Positions 1 to 8,595 of a stretch of DNA of 64,000 nucleotides are shown here, piece after piece. The stretch is from Thermoanaerobaculia bacterium. GTDB taxonomy: Bacteria > Acidobacteriota > Thermoanaerobaculia > Multivoradales > Multivoraceae. The notes beneath the pieces are model-generated. The model worked only from the letters and a program-made list of their open reading frames with translations, was not told where the DNA came from and did no database searches. A program made the position numbers and the translations under genes. The stretch is taken from the NCBI GenBank assembly GCA_963666565.1, contig OY762911.1, positions 4,256,001 to 4,320,000 of the forward strand, given 5' to 3'. Position 1 is the first letter of the stretch. Every line of letters starts with the position of its first letter.

Positions 1-284
1 TCGGGCTGGCCCACGGCCGCGTCCGCGAGCTGCGGCAGGTTGACGAGGAAGGCGGCGAGAGTCACGTCGTCGTCGTCCCGTTCGAGGATGAAACGGAACT
101 CCTCTCCCTGCGGCCCCGTGCCCGCCCACTCGCCGAGAGTGAAGACGACAAGCTCGACGCCCAGGAGGTCGCCGCGGTTGTCGCAGCCGCCCAGCGACAG
201 AAGCAGAAGCGACGCGGCCAGGAGAACCGCCGGCCGGCGGAGGCGGCGTGCGGGCCGGGTCGGCGGAGAATCGGAAGCGGTCAT
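1..284 (-). CDS. Putative lipoprotein, partial (runs off the left edge)
   Basis: Manual translation from ATG 284: MTASDSPPTRPARRLRRRPAVLLAASLLLLSLGGC-DNRG...; basic N-region, hydrophobic core and lipobox LGGC; open to the window end. Confidence 0.6.
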   Translation of the reverse strand, partial: MTASDSPPTRPARRLRRPAVLLAASLLLLSLGGCDNRGDLLGVELVVFTLGEWAGTGPQGEEFRFILERDDDDVTLAAFLVNLPQLADAAVGQP

Positions 285-306
285 CGGGCGAAGGCGGGAT
301 CGGGGT

Positions 307-1791
307 TCACCCTATCGCAGCGCCCCGCGTCCCCCGCCGCCGCGCCGCCAGCAGGCCGACCGCGAAGATCGTGAGCGTACCGATGACGGTGATCATGTAG
401 CTGTGCAGCGGAATGCGCAGCATCGCGAGGCCGCCGTCGAGCCGCGGCGACAGGGTCATCCAGACGATGACCAGCACGCCCACGGCCACCCCCGCCTGGG
501 CCGCGCCGCGGCCGGCGCGGGGCGCCAGCCGGTCGAGCGCGAACAGGCCGAGCAAGCCGCCGGCGAAGATGCCGGACACCGTCCACCAGACGTCGAGCAG
601 GCTGCCCGCGCCGATCATCAGCAGCGCCGCGCCCGTGCCGAGCACGCCGATGACGACCGTGGACCGCCGCAGCACGCGCAGATCCTCGGCCTCGCCGCCG
701 TCGGCGCCCCGATCGGGCTGGACGTAGGTGCGGTAGATGTCCGACAGGAAGACGGTGGCCGAGCTGTTGAGCGAGGTGTCGATGCTGCTCATGGCGGCCG
801 CGAACAGCGCCGCGATCAGCAACCCCGCGGCGCCGGCCGGCAGCCGGGTCGAGATGTAGTGCGGAAAGGCCTGGTCGGCGGCAAGGCCGGCCGCCTCCGG
901 CTGGCCCTGGAGAACGACGAACAGCCCGGTGCCGACGAAGAAGAACACGGCCGACACCGGCAGGTAGAGGCCGGCCGCCAGCCACACGGAGCGCGACGCG
1001 GCGCGGTCGCCGTTGGCCGCGTGGTAGCGCTGAACGTAGCTCTGGTCGATGCCGAAGTTGTTGAAGTTGATGAACAGGCCGTAGACCAGGACGACCCAGA
1101 AGGTCGAGGTCGTGAAGTCGAGGGAGAAGCTGCCGAGGGAGAACTTCTCCGCCGCCCCGGCCGTCTCGACCAGCCCGCCGAAGCCGCCCGGCGCGTCGAC
1201 GATCAGGAGCCCGACGACGAACAGCGCGCCGACCGTCAGCACGACGCTCTGGATCACGTCGGTCCAGATGACCGCCTCGATGCCGCCGACGAGCGTGTAG
1301 ACGGTGACGACGACGCCCGTGACCAGGACGATCCAGGCCACCGGCCAGCCGGTCAGCGCGTTCATCGCCAGCGCGACGCCGAAGAGGATGGAGCCGACCC
1401 GCGCGAACTGGGTCAGCAGGTAGCAGGCGACGGCGTAGGTCCGCGCCCAGCGGCCGAACCGGGCTTCGAGGTGGTGGTAGGCCGAGACGGCGCCGCCCCG
1501 CCGGTAGAACGGAACCCACCAGCGGGCCGCCAGGAACGCCGCCACAGGCAGGGACAGCGAGAAGACGAAGGCGTTCCAGTTGCCGCCGTACGCCTGTCCG
1601 GGCACGCCGATGAACGTGTTGCTGGAGAGGAACGTGCCGAACATCGACATGCCGACCGCCCAGCCGGGCAGCGCGCCGCCGGCGACCATGAAGCCGCGCG
1701 CCGTCCCGCTCCGTTTGGCCAGCGAGAGGCCGAGGGCGACGACCGCCAGGAGGTAGGCGGCGAAGACGACGAGATCGAGGCCGGCGGTCAC
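307..1791 (-). CDS. Sodium:solute symporter (SSS family, SiaT-like)
   Basis: C-terminal part of ORF 307..2616; GTG 1791 overlaps the upstream stop; motifs GMSMFGTFLSSNTFIG, GGIEAVIWTD, DQSYVQRY, AAAMSSIDTSLNS. Confidence 0.9.
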   Translation of the reverse strand: MTAGLDLVVFAAYLLAVVALGLSLAKRSGTARGFMVAGGALPGWAVGMSMFGTFLSSNTFIGVPGQAYGGNWNAFVFSLSLPVAAFLAARWWVPFYRRGGAVSAYHHLEARFGRWARTYAVACYLLTQFARVGSILFGVALAMNALTGWPVAWIVLVTGVVVTVYTLVGGIEAVIWTDVIQSVVLTVGALFVVGLLIVDAPGGFGGLVETAGAAEKFSLGSFSLDFTTSTFWVVLVYGLFINFNNFGIDQSYVQRYHAANGDRAASRSVWLAAGLYLPVSAVFFFVGTGLFVVLQGQPEAAGLAADQAFPHYISTRLPAGAAGLLIAALFAAAMSSIDTSLNSSATVFLSDIYRTYVQPDRGADGGEAEDLRVLRRSTVVIGVLGTGAALLMIGAGSLLDVWWTVSGIFAGGLLGLFALDRLAPRAGRGAAQAGVAVGVLVIVWMTLSPRLDGGLAMLRIPLHSYMITVIGTLTIFAVGLLAARRRGTRGAAIG

Positions 1792-2942
1792 TCGGTAGGC
1801 AGGACCGGCGCTTCCGCCGGCCATTCTCCGCCGGGCATCGGATATCGCGGCAGTTTCGCCGGATCGAGGACGACGTGCCGGATGCGGGTGCGCCGGTGCG
1901 TGTACGTCACGTGGACCAGTCCGTCGCCGGTCTGGACGACCGCCGGATAGGAGTACTCGCCGTCCTGGTCCTCCAGCATCAGCGAGGCGTCCCAGGCGTC
2001 GCCGTCGTCCGAGAGCGCGACGTTCAGGCGCGACCGGGAGCCGGCCCAGGCGCCGTCGATCCGCACCTTGTGGTTGTAGACGAGGAGGTGCCGGCCGTCG
2101 GCCAGGGTGACGCCGTCGACGCCGGCGTCCGGGTTCGGCAGTCCGGTGGCATGGATCGGCCCCCAGGTGAGGCCGGAGTCGGTGGAGCGGGAAGCGGCCA
2201 CGCGGCTCTGCTTGGACCGGAACAGCGCCAGGAGTTCGCCGTCGCCGAGCGTCAGGATCGTCGGCTGGATGATCCAGAAGTCCTCGCCGTCCGCGGTCGC
2301 GCCGGCCAGCGAGTCGGTGCGGGCCCACGTCCGGCCGAGGTCGGCCGAGCGCTCGAAGTGCGCCCGCCAGGCCGGAGGCTCGGGAGCGTCCTCGATGCTC
2401 GATCCGGCGAGCATCGAACCGTCGGCGAGGGCGATCGGCTTGTTCTTGATCGGTCCCAGGATGCCGTCGGGCAGGCGGCGCGGCTCGCTCCAGGTGCGGC
2501 CGTCGTCGGCCGATTCCATGACCATCCCCCACCACTCCGGCGGACTCGGGCCGACCTTGAAGAAGAGCAACAGCGGCGCGCCGTCCCGCGGCGGCTGGTA
2601 GAGAACCGGGTTCCACGTCGGGTAGCGGGTACCGTCGGCCTGCACGCCGTTGGCGACTTCGACGGGCGAACTCCAGCGGCCGCCTGACGAAGAAACGGCG
2701 CCGGCCGCGGCCGCCCGTTCGCCTTCAAGCCGGCTGAACCAGATGCCGACGTCGGCGTTGCGCTCCGCCGTGCCGCCGAACCAGGCGGCCACCAGCGCGC
2801 CGGAGGCCGTCTCGGCGATCGTCGAGGCGTGGCATTCCGGGTGCGGCGCGGTGTCGAAGACGAACTCGGCGAGCGCCACGCCATCCTGAGCCGTCGCCGG
2901 CAGTCCAGGCAGCACGAACGCGACGGTCGTCGCCGCCGCCAT
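1788..2942 (-). CDS. Secreted sialidase-like (BNR/Asp-box) protein
   Basis: HASTIAET, WNPVL, GPIKNKP; Asp-boxes SADDGRTW, SADLGRTW, STDSGLTW, SDDGDAW; EYSYP. Start is ATG 2942 or CTG 2981. Confidence 0.85.
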   Translation of the reverse strand: MAAATTVAFVLPGLPATAQDGVALAEFVFDTAPHPECHASTIAETASGALVAAWFGGTAERNADVGIWFSRLEGERAAAAGAVSSSGGRWSSPVEVANGVQADGTRYPTWNPVLYQPPRDGAPLLLFFKVGPSPPEWWGMVMESADDGRTWSEPRRLPDGILGPIKNKPIALADGSMLAGSSIEDAPEPPAWRAHFERSADLGRTWARTDSLAGATADGEDFWIIQPTILTLGDGELLALFRSKQSRVAASRSTDSGLTWGPIHATGLPNPDAGVDGVTLADGRHLLVYNHKVRIDGAWAGSRSRLNVALSDDGDAWDASLMLEDQDGEYSYPAVVQTGDGLVHVTYTHRRTRIRHVVLDPAKLPRYPMPGGEWPAEAPVLPTE

Positions 2943-2977
2943 CGATGCGGCGACGACCGAGGTGCGGCTACGACGAG

Positions 2978-3517
2978 TCAGGAGCCTGCCTCCCCGGCTG
3001 CCCCGGCAAGCACGAGTTCCTCCGCCTGCCGCACGATCTGGCCCGCGCGTTCCCGGAGCTCCGCGTCGGTCGCGCTGCTGATCGGATGCTCGATCACCGC
3101 GAACGAATAGCCAGGCGCTCCGCACGCGCGCGCCATCAACTCGGCGCCGTCGACGAACGCCGACGTCATCACGCCCACCGCCGGCACGCCCGCCCGTTCG
3201 AACGCGACCGCGTCGTGCAGACTGCACGACGAGCAGCTCCCTCAGTCGCCGACGCCGGTAACGACCAGCCGGCGCCTCGCCAGCCGCCGCACGAGCTCCT
3301 GCTCGGCCGGCGCGCTGTAGTTCCCCTTCGTCGCGCGCTCCACCGAAGCCGCGCCCCAGCGTTCCCGCAGCAAGGCCTCGACATGGTCGAAGAGCGGCGC
3401 GACGCCCGCCTTCCCGTTCGAGAGCAGGGCGACGTCGATGCCTGCCAGCTCCGCCAGCCGGGGCGCCGGCGAGAGTGGCGCCGGAGAGCCCTCCCAGGAG
3501 GGGTCGAGGACTTGCAC
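2978..3517 (-). CDS. UGSC-family selenoprotein (Sec at in-frame TGA 3242-3244)
   Basis: ORFs 3242..3517 and 2978..3187 share one frame; readthrough gives GVGD-U-GSCSSCSLHDAVAFERAGVPAV; SECIS-like hairpin follows. Confidence 0.88.
3211..3231 (-). promoter_or_regulatory. Bacterial SECIS-like hairpin
   Basis: Minus strand CGTCGTGCAG-T-CTGCACGACG, a perfect inverted repeat starting 10 nt after the UGA; apex GCAGTCTGC resembles the E. coli fdhF SECIS apex GCAGGTCTGC. Confidence 0.8.
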
Positions 3518-3550
3518 GGCTCGGAGTGTAGCCGCGGAATGCCGCCCGGT

Positions 3551-4579
3551 TCAGAACCGGTCCGCTTCCCAGAACGCGAACCGTTCGGGCGGCAGGCGGC
3601 GGGCCAGGAGGTCGCCCTCGTTGGCGACGCCGAGCCGGGAGGCCAGCGCGCCGTCGTCCAGGCTACGGACCATCCACGTCGCGGGAGGCCTCGCGTCCGG
3701 CGGCACCTCGTCCCATGCCGGCTGCGTGTCGATCCTCGTGCCGGTGGCCGCCAGCAGAGCTTCCAGAGGCTCGTCGCGGACCAGGGGCATGCGAATCGAC
3801 TCGACGTTCCGCCCGGTCATGGCGGCGGCCAGCAGGTCGCGCAGGGCAGGAGCGCCGTCGGCCGCCCGGCCCCACTCCAGGACGCGCAGACGTCCGTTGA
3901 AGTCGGCGACGCGCAAGTAGGCGGTTGCGCCGGTCGCGTCCTCCGCAATCCAGACGTCCTCCTCCGGGGTGCCCGCAAGCCGGAGGCTGCCTTGCCAGTC
4001 CGCCGTCGAGCGGCGGTCGACCACGCCGTCCAGCGGCGCGCCGGCGGCGCCGGCGGCGTAGACGCCCCAGAGGCGTCCCAGTTCGCCCTCATCGGCCGCC
4101 GGATCGTAGGGCCGGGCGCCGCCAGCCGGCGACCCCTCAACCCCCGGCCAGTGCAGCGTGCGCCAACCGCGCGACCAGGGCCGATAGCCGTACCGCCCGT
4201 ACCACCGCAGCCGCTCGGCCAGCAAGTAGGAGAGCACCATCCCCCTGTCGCGCATCGCGTCGATCGCCCGCTCGAGCAGCGCGCCCGCCACGCCGCGGCG
4301 CCGGCACTCCGGCCGGGTGAACACGCTGCCGATGCCGCCCATGGGCAGTGCCCGGCCGCCAATCCGCACCCGGCGCGGGAAGATCTGGACGCACGAGACG
4401 AGTTCGCCGCCCCGGTCCGCGACCCAGACGTTCCGCGGCTCGAACGCGGGGTCGAGTTCGACGTACCGCCGGAAGAAGTCCCGACCCCGCTGGCCGTCGG
4501 GAAAGGGCCAGCCGTCCAGGAGGTCGAGCAATGCCTCGATCTCGCTCGCGCGGAGGGTCCGGAGCCGCGTATCCGCCAT
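3551..4579 (-). CDS. GNAT family N-acetyltransferase (Eis-like)
   Basis: MGGIGSVFTRPECRRRGVA acetyl-CoA motif A; WYGRYGY. Confidence 0.8.
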   Translation of the reverse strand: MADTRLRTLRASEIEALLDLLDGWPFPDGQRGRDFFRRYVELDPAFEPRNVWVADRGGELVSCVQIFPRRVRIGGRALPMGGIGSVFTRPECRRRGVAGALLERAIDAMRDRGMVLSYLLAERLRWYGRYGYRPWSRGWRTLHWPGVEGSPAGGARPYDPAADEGELGRLWGVYAAGAAGAPLDGVVDRRSTADWQGSLRLAGTPEEDVWIAEDATGATAYLRVADFNGRLRVLEWGRAADGAPALRDLLAAAMTGRNVESIRMPLVRDEPLEALLAATGTRIDTQPAWDEVPPDARPPATWMVRSLDDGALASRLGVANEGDLLARRLPPERFAFWEADRF

Positions 4580-4614
4580 GGCAGCGACTCTGCCACGCGA
4601 AGCGGCACGCCCCC

Positions 4615-4648
4615 TTGACGCCGAGGCCGGACTTAGCCAGACTTAGCC
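4615..4648 (+). promoter_or_regulatory. Probable sigma70 promoter/operator of the TA pair
   Basis: TTGACG (4615) -17 nt- CAGACT (4638), overlapped by direct repeat GACTTAGCC x2 (4630, 4640). Confidence 0.5.
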
Positions 4649-4679
4649 CGGTCGAACTTCTGGAGGGGAGAAACGGAGA

Positions 4680-4934
4680 ATGCAGGTGAACATGCACGAA
4701 GCCAAGTCACAACTATCGCGCCTGGGCCGGCTGGCCTGGGAGGGCGAGGAGGTCGTCATCGCCAAGGCGGGAGAGCCGTACCTGCGGCTCGAGCCCTACC
4801 GCGAGGAGAAACTGGAGCCCCGCAAGCTGGGAGGCCTGGAAGGGAAGATCTGGATGGCGCCGGACTTCGACGAGCCCGCGGAAGACCTGTGGGAGTTGAT
4901 GGTGAACTCGAAGATCTTCCCTGACGAGACCTGA
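4680..4934 (+). CDS. Phd/YefM family antitoxin
   Basis: MQVNMHEAKSQLSRL...GEEVVIAKAG; directly upstream of a PIN toxin. Confidence 0.9.
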   Translation: MQVNMHEAKSQLSRLGRLAWEGEEVVIAKAGEPYLRLEPYREEKLEPRKLGGLEGKIWMAPDFDEPAEDLWELMVNSKIFPDET

Positions 4935-4936
4935 CG

Positions 4937-5317
4937 TTGGAGCGCCTTCTGCTCGACACCCACACGTTCCTGTGGTGCTTGTCCAGTCCAGGGAGACTGC
5001 GCGTAGCGGCCCGCAGCGTCATTGAAGATCCGCGCAACCAGATCTTCGTCAGCCCGATCACGGCCTGGGAGATCACGTTCAAGCGCCTCCGGGGGCAGAT
5101 GGACGCTCCCGACAACCTCGCCGCGTTGGTCGACGAGAAGGGCTTCACGCATCTGCCGCTGACGTTCCACCACGCGGAGTTGGCGGCGCGCCTGCCGCAG
5201 CACCACAAGGACCCGTTCGACCGCTTCCTGCTCGCCCAGGCGCAAGCCGAGGGACTCACCGTCGTCACCCGCGACGCGCACTTCCCACTGTACGGGGTGC
5301 GGACCATCCGCGCCTGA
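4937..5317 (+). CDS. vapC: VapC family PIN-domain toxin
   Basis: LLLDTHTFLW, HKDPFDRFLLAQA, VVTRD. Confidence 0.92.
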   Translation: MERLLLDTHTFLWCLSSPGRLRVAARSVIEDPRNQIFVSPITAWEITFKRLRGQMDAPDNLAALVDEKGFTHLPLTFHHAELAARLPQHHKDPFDRFLLAQAQAEGLTVVTRDAHFPLYGVRTIRA

Positions 5318-5405
5318 AGCCGACCCGGCGGCGCGGTCGACATCGCCTCGACCGTGGTCCGCACCGTGCATGCCCGAAGCTGAGCCGGCAGCGCCGTCGA
5401 CGTGC
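5297..5405 (+). repeat. Degenerate 60-bp tandem duplication across the vapC stop
   Basis: gtgcggaccatccgcgcctgaagccgacccggcggcgcggtcgac (5297) vs gtccgcaccgtgcatgcccgaagctgagccggcagcgccgtcgac (5357). Confidence 0.55.
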
Positions 5406-5454
5406 ATCGATTCCAAGGCCGGCGCAGCGACGCGGCGGCGCTAGGCTTCACCCA

Positions 5455-7572
5455 ATGAACCCGCGCGCAGCATCGCTCCTCACCTTCCTTCTCTCGCCGC
5501 TCGCCCTCGCGGCCCAGACCGAACTGCCAATCCGCGTCGAGCCGTTCCTGCAACAGGTCGCGGAGTACGAGCCGCCCGCCGGCGACGCGGCCGCCCCGAC
5601 TCCCGCCGCCCCGGCGCCCCTGCGCAACGTCGACGCTCCCGGCGAAGTTCGCGACGTCGTCACGGATGCCGCCATCCGGATCGCGGTCGCCTCCTCCGCG
5701 GGCCTCTACCTGCGGGACGGTTCCGAGACGACCTGGCGCCGCCTGTTGCCCAGCGACGGCGACCGGAGCTGGGCGCCGGTCGATGTGCGGGCGGTGGAGT
5801 TCGACTACGACGGCAGGCTGTGGTTCGCCTCGCCCCAGGGCCTGGGCGCCCTCGACGAGATCACGGGCGTCTGGCGGCTCTACGACCGTCACGACGGTCT
5901 GCCCTGGAACGACTTCACGGACCTCGCCGCGGCGCCGGACGGCTCGATCTGGGCGGGAACGACGCGCGGGCTCGTCCACCTGATCCCCGGCGCCGCTCCG
6001 GACGATCCGCCCCGCTGGCAGTACCGGCAGGGACGGCGCTGGCTCCCCCACGACCACGTGCTGTCGGTCGAAGTCGCGCGCGACGGAACGGTGCGCGTCG
6101 AGACCCCCGCCGGTTCCGGCGCCATCCGCCTGCAGCCGATGACCCTGCGCGGAAAGGCCGAGCGCTTCCACGAGGCGATCGAGCGCTTCCACCGGCGCAC
6201 GCCCTACGGCTACGTCCTGGGCGTCGCGCTCGAGCGCCCCGGCGACACCTCGGCGTTCCGCCAGCCCGACAGCGACAACGACGGCCTCTGGACCTCCATG
6301 TACGGCGCCGCCGAGTGTCTCCGCTGGGCCGTCACCGGCGAGCCGGAGGCGCGCGAGAACGCCCGCAAGGCGTTCGAGGCGCTGCGTTTCCTGCAGCTCG
6401 TGACCCAGGGCGGCACGCCGCCCGCCGAGCCCGGCTTCGTCGCCCGCACCATCCTGCCGATCGACGGCCCGGACCCGAACGCGGGCCGCCTGGAGAGCGA
6501 CCGCCGGATGCGCGAGGAGCGGGACGGCCTGTGGAAGACGATCGACCCCCGCTGGCCCACAAGCGCCGACGGCAAGTGGTACTGGAAGAGCGACACGAGC
6601 TCGGACGAGCTGGACGGCCACTTCTTCTTCTACGGCCTGTACCACGACCTGGTCGCGGACACCGAGACGGAGCGCGCCGAGGTCCGCGAGACGGTGCTCG
6701 CGATCGTCGACCACCTGATCGACCACGGCGGGGCTCTCGTCGACCATGACGGGCAGCGCACCCGCTGGGCCGTCTTCGGCCCGGAGCAACTGAACCACGA
6801 CCAGGACTGGTGGGAGGAACGGGGCCTCAACTCGCTTTCCTACCTGGCCTACCTGCGGATCGCCCAGCACATGAGCGACCAGCACATGAGCGCCGCCGGG
6901 CCCGAGGCCGGGGCGCGGCGCGGGCAGCGCTACGCCGACGCCGCGCGGCGCCTGCTCGACGACCACGCCTACCTGGCCAACCTGCGCAACCCCAAGGTCC
7001 AGAGCGGCCCCGGCACCGGCAACCAGTCGGACGACGAGATGGCGTTCATGAACTACTACCACCTCCTGAAGTACGAGCGGGACGAGACGGTACGCAGCGT
7101 TGTCGCCCACTCGCTCCGCCAGTACTGGAAGGTCATGCGGCCCGAGCGGAACCCGCTGTTCGATTTCATCCACGCCGCGGCCATCGACGGCGCCGGCTAC
7201 CGCGACGCCTTCGACGACGAGACCTACAGCCGCGCCGACTACCCGCTCCGCGACGCTGTCGAGAGCCTGGTCCTCTATCCCCTCGAACGCTTCGACTGGG
7301 CGCTGTCGAACAGCCACCGCCTCGACATCGTGCTGCTCCGCCACCAGGAAGAACGCCGCGGAATCCGCGGCCACCTGCTGGACGGCCGCGTGCTGCCGAT
7401 CGACGAGCGCTTCGTCAACCACTGGAACCACGATCCCTGGCGGCTCGACCACGGCGGCCAGGGCCGCTACCTCGCCGACGGCGCCAGCTTCCTGCTGCCC
7501 TACTGGTTCGGCCTCCACCACGGGCTGATCGAGGAAGCGGGCGAAGACGATCCGGCGGAGCCGCCGCGTTGA
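5455..7572 (+). CDS. Secreted protein: regulator-propeller-like N-terminus plus probable helical-barrel (six-hairpin glycosidase-like) domain
   Basis: Signal peptide (ALA-AQ); DGLPWNDFTDLAAAPDGSIWAGT propeller repeats; acidic motifs DSDNDGLWT and WKSDTSSDELDGH; fold is inferred. Confidence 0.6.
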   Translation: MNPRAASLLTFLLSPLALAAQTELPIRVEPFLQQVAEYEPPAGDAAAPTPAAPAPLRNVDAPGEVRDVVTDAAIRIAVASSAGLYLRDGSETTWRRLLPSDGDRSWAPVDVRAVEFDYDGRLWFASPQGLGALDEITGVWRLYDRHDGLPWNDFTDLAAAPDGSIWAGTTRGLVHLIPGAAPDDPPRWQYRQGRRWLPHDHVLSVEVARDGTVRVETPAGSGAIRLQPMTLRGKAERFHEAIERFHRRTPYGYVLGVALERPGDTSAFRQPDSDNDGLWTSMYGAAECLRWAVTGEPEARENARKAFEALRFLQLVTQGGTPPAEPGFVARTILPIDGPDPNAGRLESDRRMREERDGLWKTIDPRWPTSADGKWYWKSDTSSDELDGHFFFYGLYHDLVADTETERAEVRETVLAIVDHLIDHGGALVDHDGQRTRWAVFGPEQLNHDQDWWEERGLNSLSYLAYLRIAQHMSDQHMSAAGPEAGARRGQRYADAARRLLDDHAYLANLRNPKVQSGPGTGNQSDDEMAFMNYYHLLKYERDETVRSVVAHSLRQYWKVMRPERNPLFDFIHAAAIDGAGYRDAFDDETYSRADYPLRDAVESLVLYPLERFDWALSNSHRLDIVLLRHQEERRGIRGHLLDGRVLPIDERFVNHWNHDPWRLDHGGQGRYLADGASFLLPYWFGLHHGLIEEAGEDDPAEPPR

Positions 7573-8528
7573 CGAAAGACGCGGCCGGCGCCCCGCGCGT
7601 GGCGCTCCAGCTCTACACGCTCCGCCGGCAGGCCGAGCAGGACCTGGAAGCCGCCCTCGACCGGGCGGCGGAGGCCGGCTATCGCGAAGTCGAGTGGTTC
7701 GGGGGTCTGTGGGGACGCACGGCCGAGGACCTCCGCGGGCTTCTGTCGGAACGCGGCCTCGGGATCCTCGCGGCCCACGTGCCGCTCGCCGACCTGGAGG
7801 CGGATCCCGCCGGAGCGATGGAGACCTGGCGCGCGCTCCACTGCCAGGTGCTCGTCTGCCCGTGGCTCGACGAAGCCCAGCGCGGCGACGGCAGCCGCGC
7901 GCACTACCTGGAACTCGGCCGTCGGCTCGACCTGCTGAGCTACCGGTTCCGGGCCGGCGGCTTCCGCTTCGCCTACCACAACCACGACTTCGAGTTGCTG
8001 CCGTTCCACGACGTTCAACCCGCAAGCGGACCGTCTTCGACCGGGGAGCGACGACGCCGGGCGGAATGCACGGCCGCTCGAACGCAGCGCGACTTCCGCC
8101 ACGGGCCGCCAGGCCGCGACGGCCTGCGAGCGCTCGTCTCCCGCCGCTCTCACGACGGCTGGGGACTGGAACTGGACATCTACTGGGCGGCCTTCGCCGG
8201 CGCCGACCCGGAGGCGCTGATCCGGGAACTCGGGGACCGGGTCCATCTCCTGCACCTGAAGGACGGCCTGCTGCCCGGTCCGCCGGAGGAACGCGCGGCG
8301 GAGCGGGCCACGTCCGAGCGCTGGTTCCGGCCACTGGGCAACGGCGACGTCGACGTGGCCGCCTGCGTCGACGCGGCGCTCGAGACCGGCGTGCGCCTGT
8401 TCGTCGTCGAGCAGGACGAGACGGCGGAAGCCGGCGGAGCGGCCGAGCGGGACTCGGCCGCGAGCCTCGGATACCTCAAGACGCGGACGGCTCTTGGCGC
8501 CGCCGCGGGCAAGGCTTCCGCGCCATGA
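7569..8528 (+). CDS. Sugar phosphate isomerase/epimerase (xylose-isomerase-like TIM barrel)
   Basis: TTG 7569 overlaps the upstream TGA; ALQLYTLR, YHNHDFE, ELDIYW, LHLKD, VEQD. Confidence 0.85.
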   Translation: MTKDAAGAPRVALQLYTLRRQAEQDLEAALDRAAEAGYREVEWFGGLWGRTAEDLRGLLSERGLGILAAHVPLADLEADPAGAMETWRALHCQVLVCPWLDEAQRGDGSRAHYLELGRRLDLLSYRFRAGGFRFAYHNHDFELLPFHDVQPASGPSSTGERRRRAECTAARTQRDFRHGPPGRDGLRALVSRRSHDGWGLELDIYWAAFAGADPEALIRELGDRVHLLHLKDGLLPGPPEERAAERATSERWFRPLGNGDVDVAACVDAALETGVRLFVVEQDETAEAGGAAERDSAASLGYLKTRTALGAAAGKASAP

Positions 8529-8595
8529 GCCGGGGCCTGTCCAGGCTCGACGCGGCGACCGCGATCGGTACGGCAGCGGCGGGGAACCACGCGCC

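Noticed and set aside
4756-8334. Very long alternative ORFs (e.g. 4756..8334 -, 34518..37502 +, 44521..47688 +, 18823..21618 -)
   Set aside because: Shadow or antisense frames of real genes in high-GC DNA; Arg/Pro/Ala-rich with no motifs
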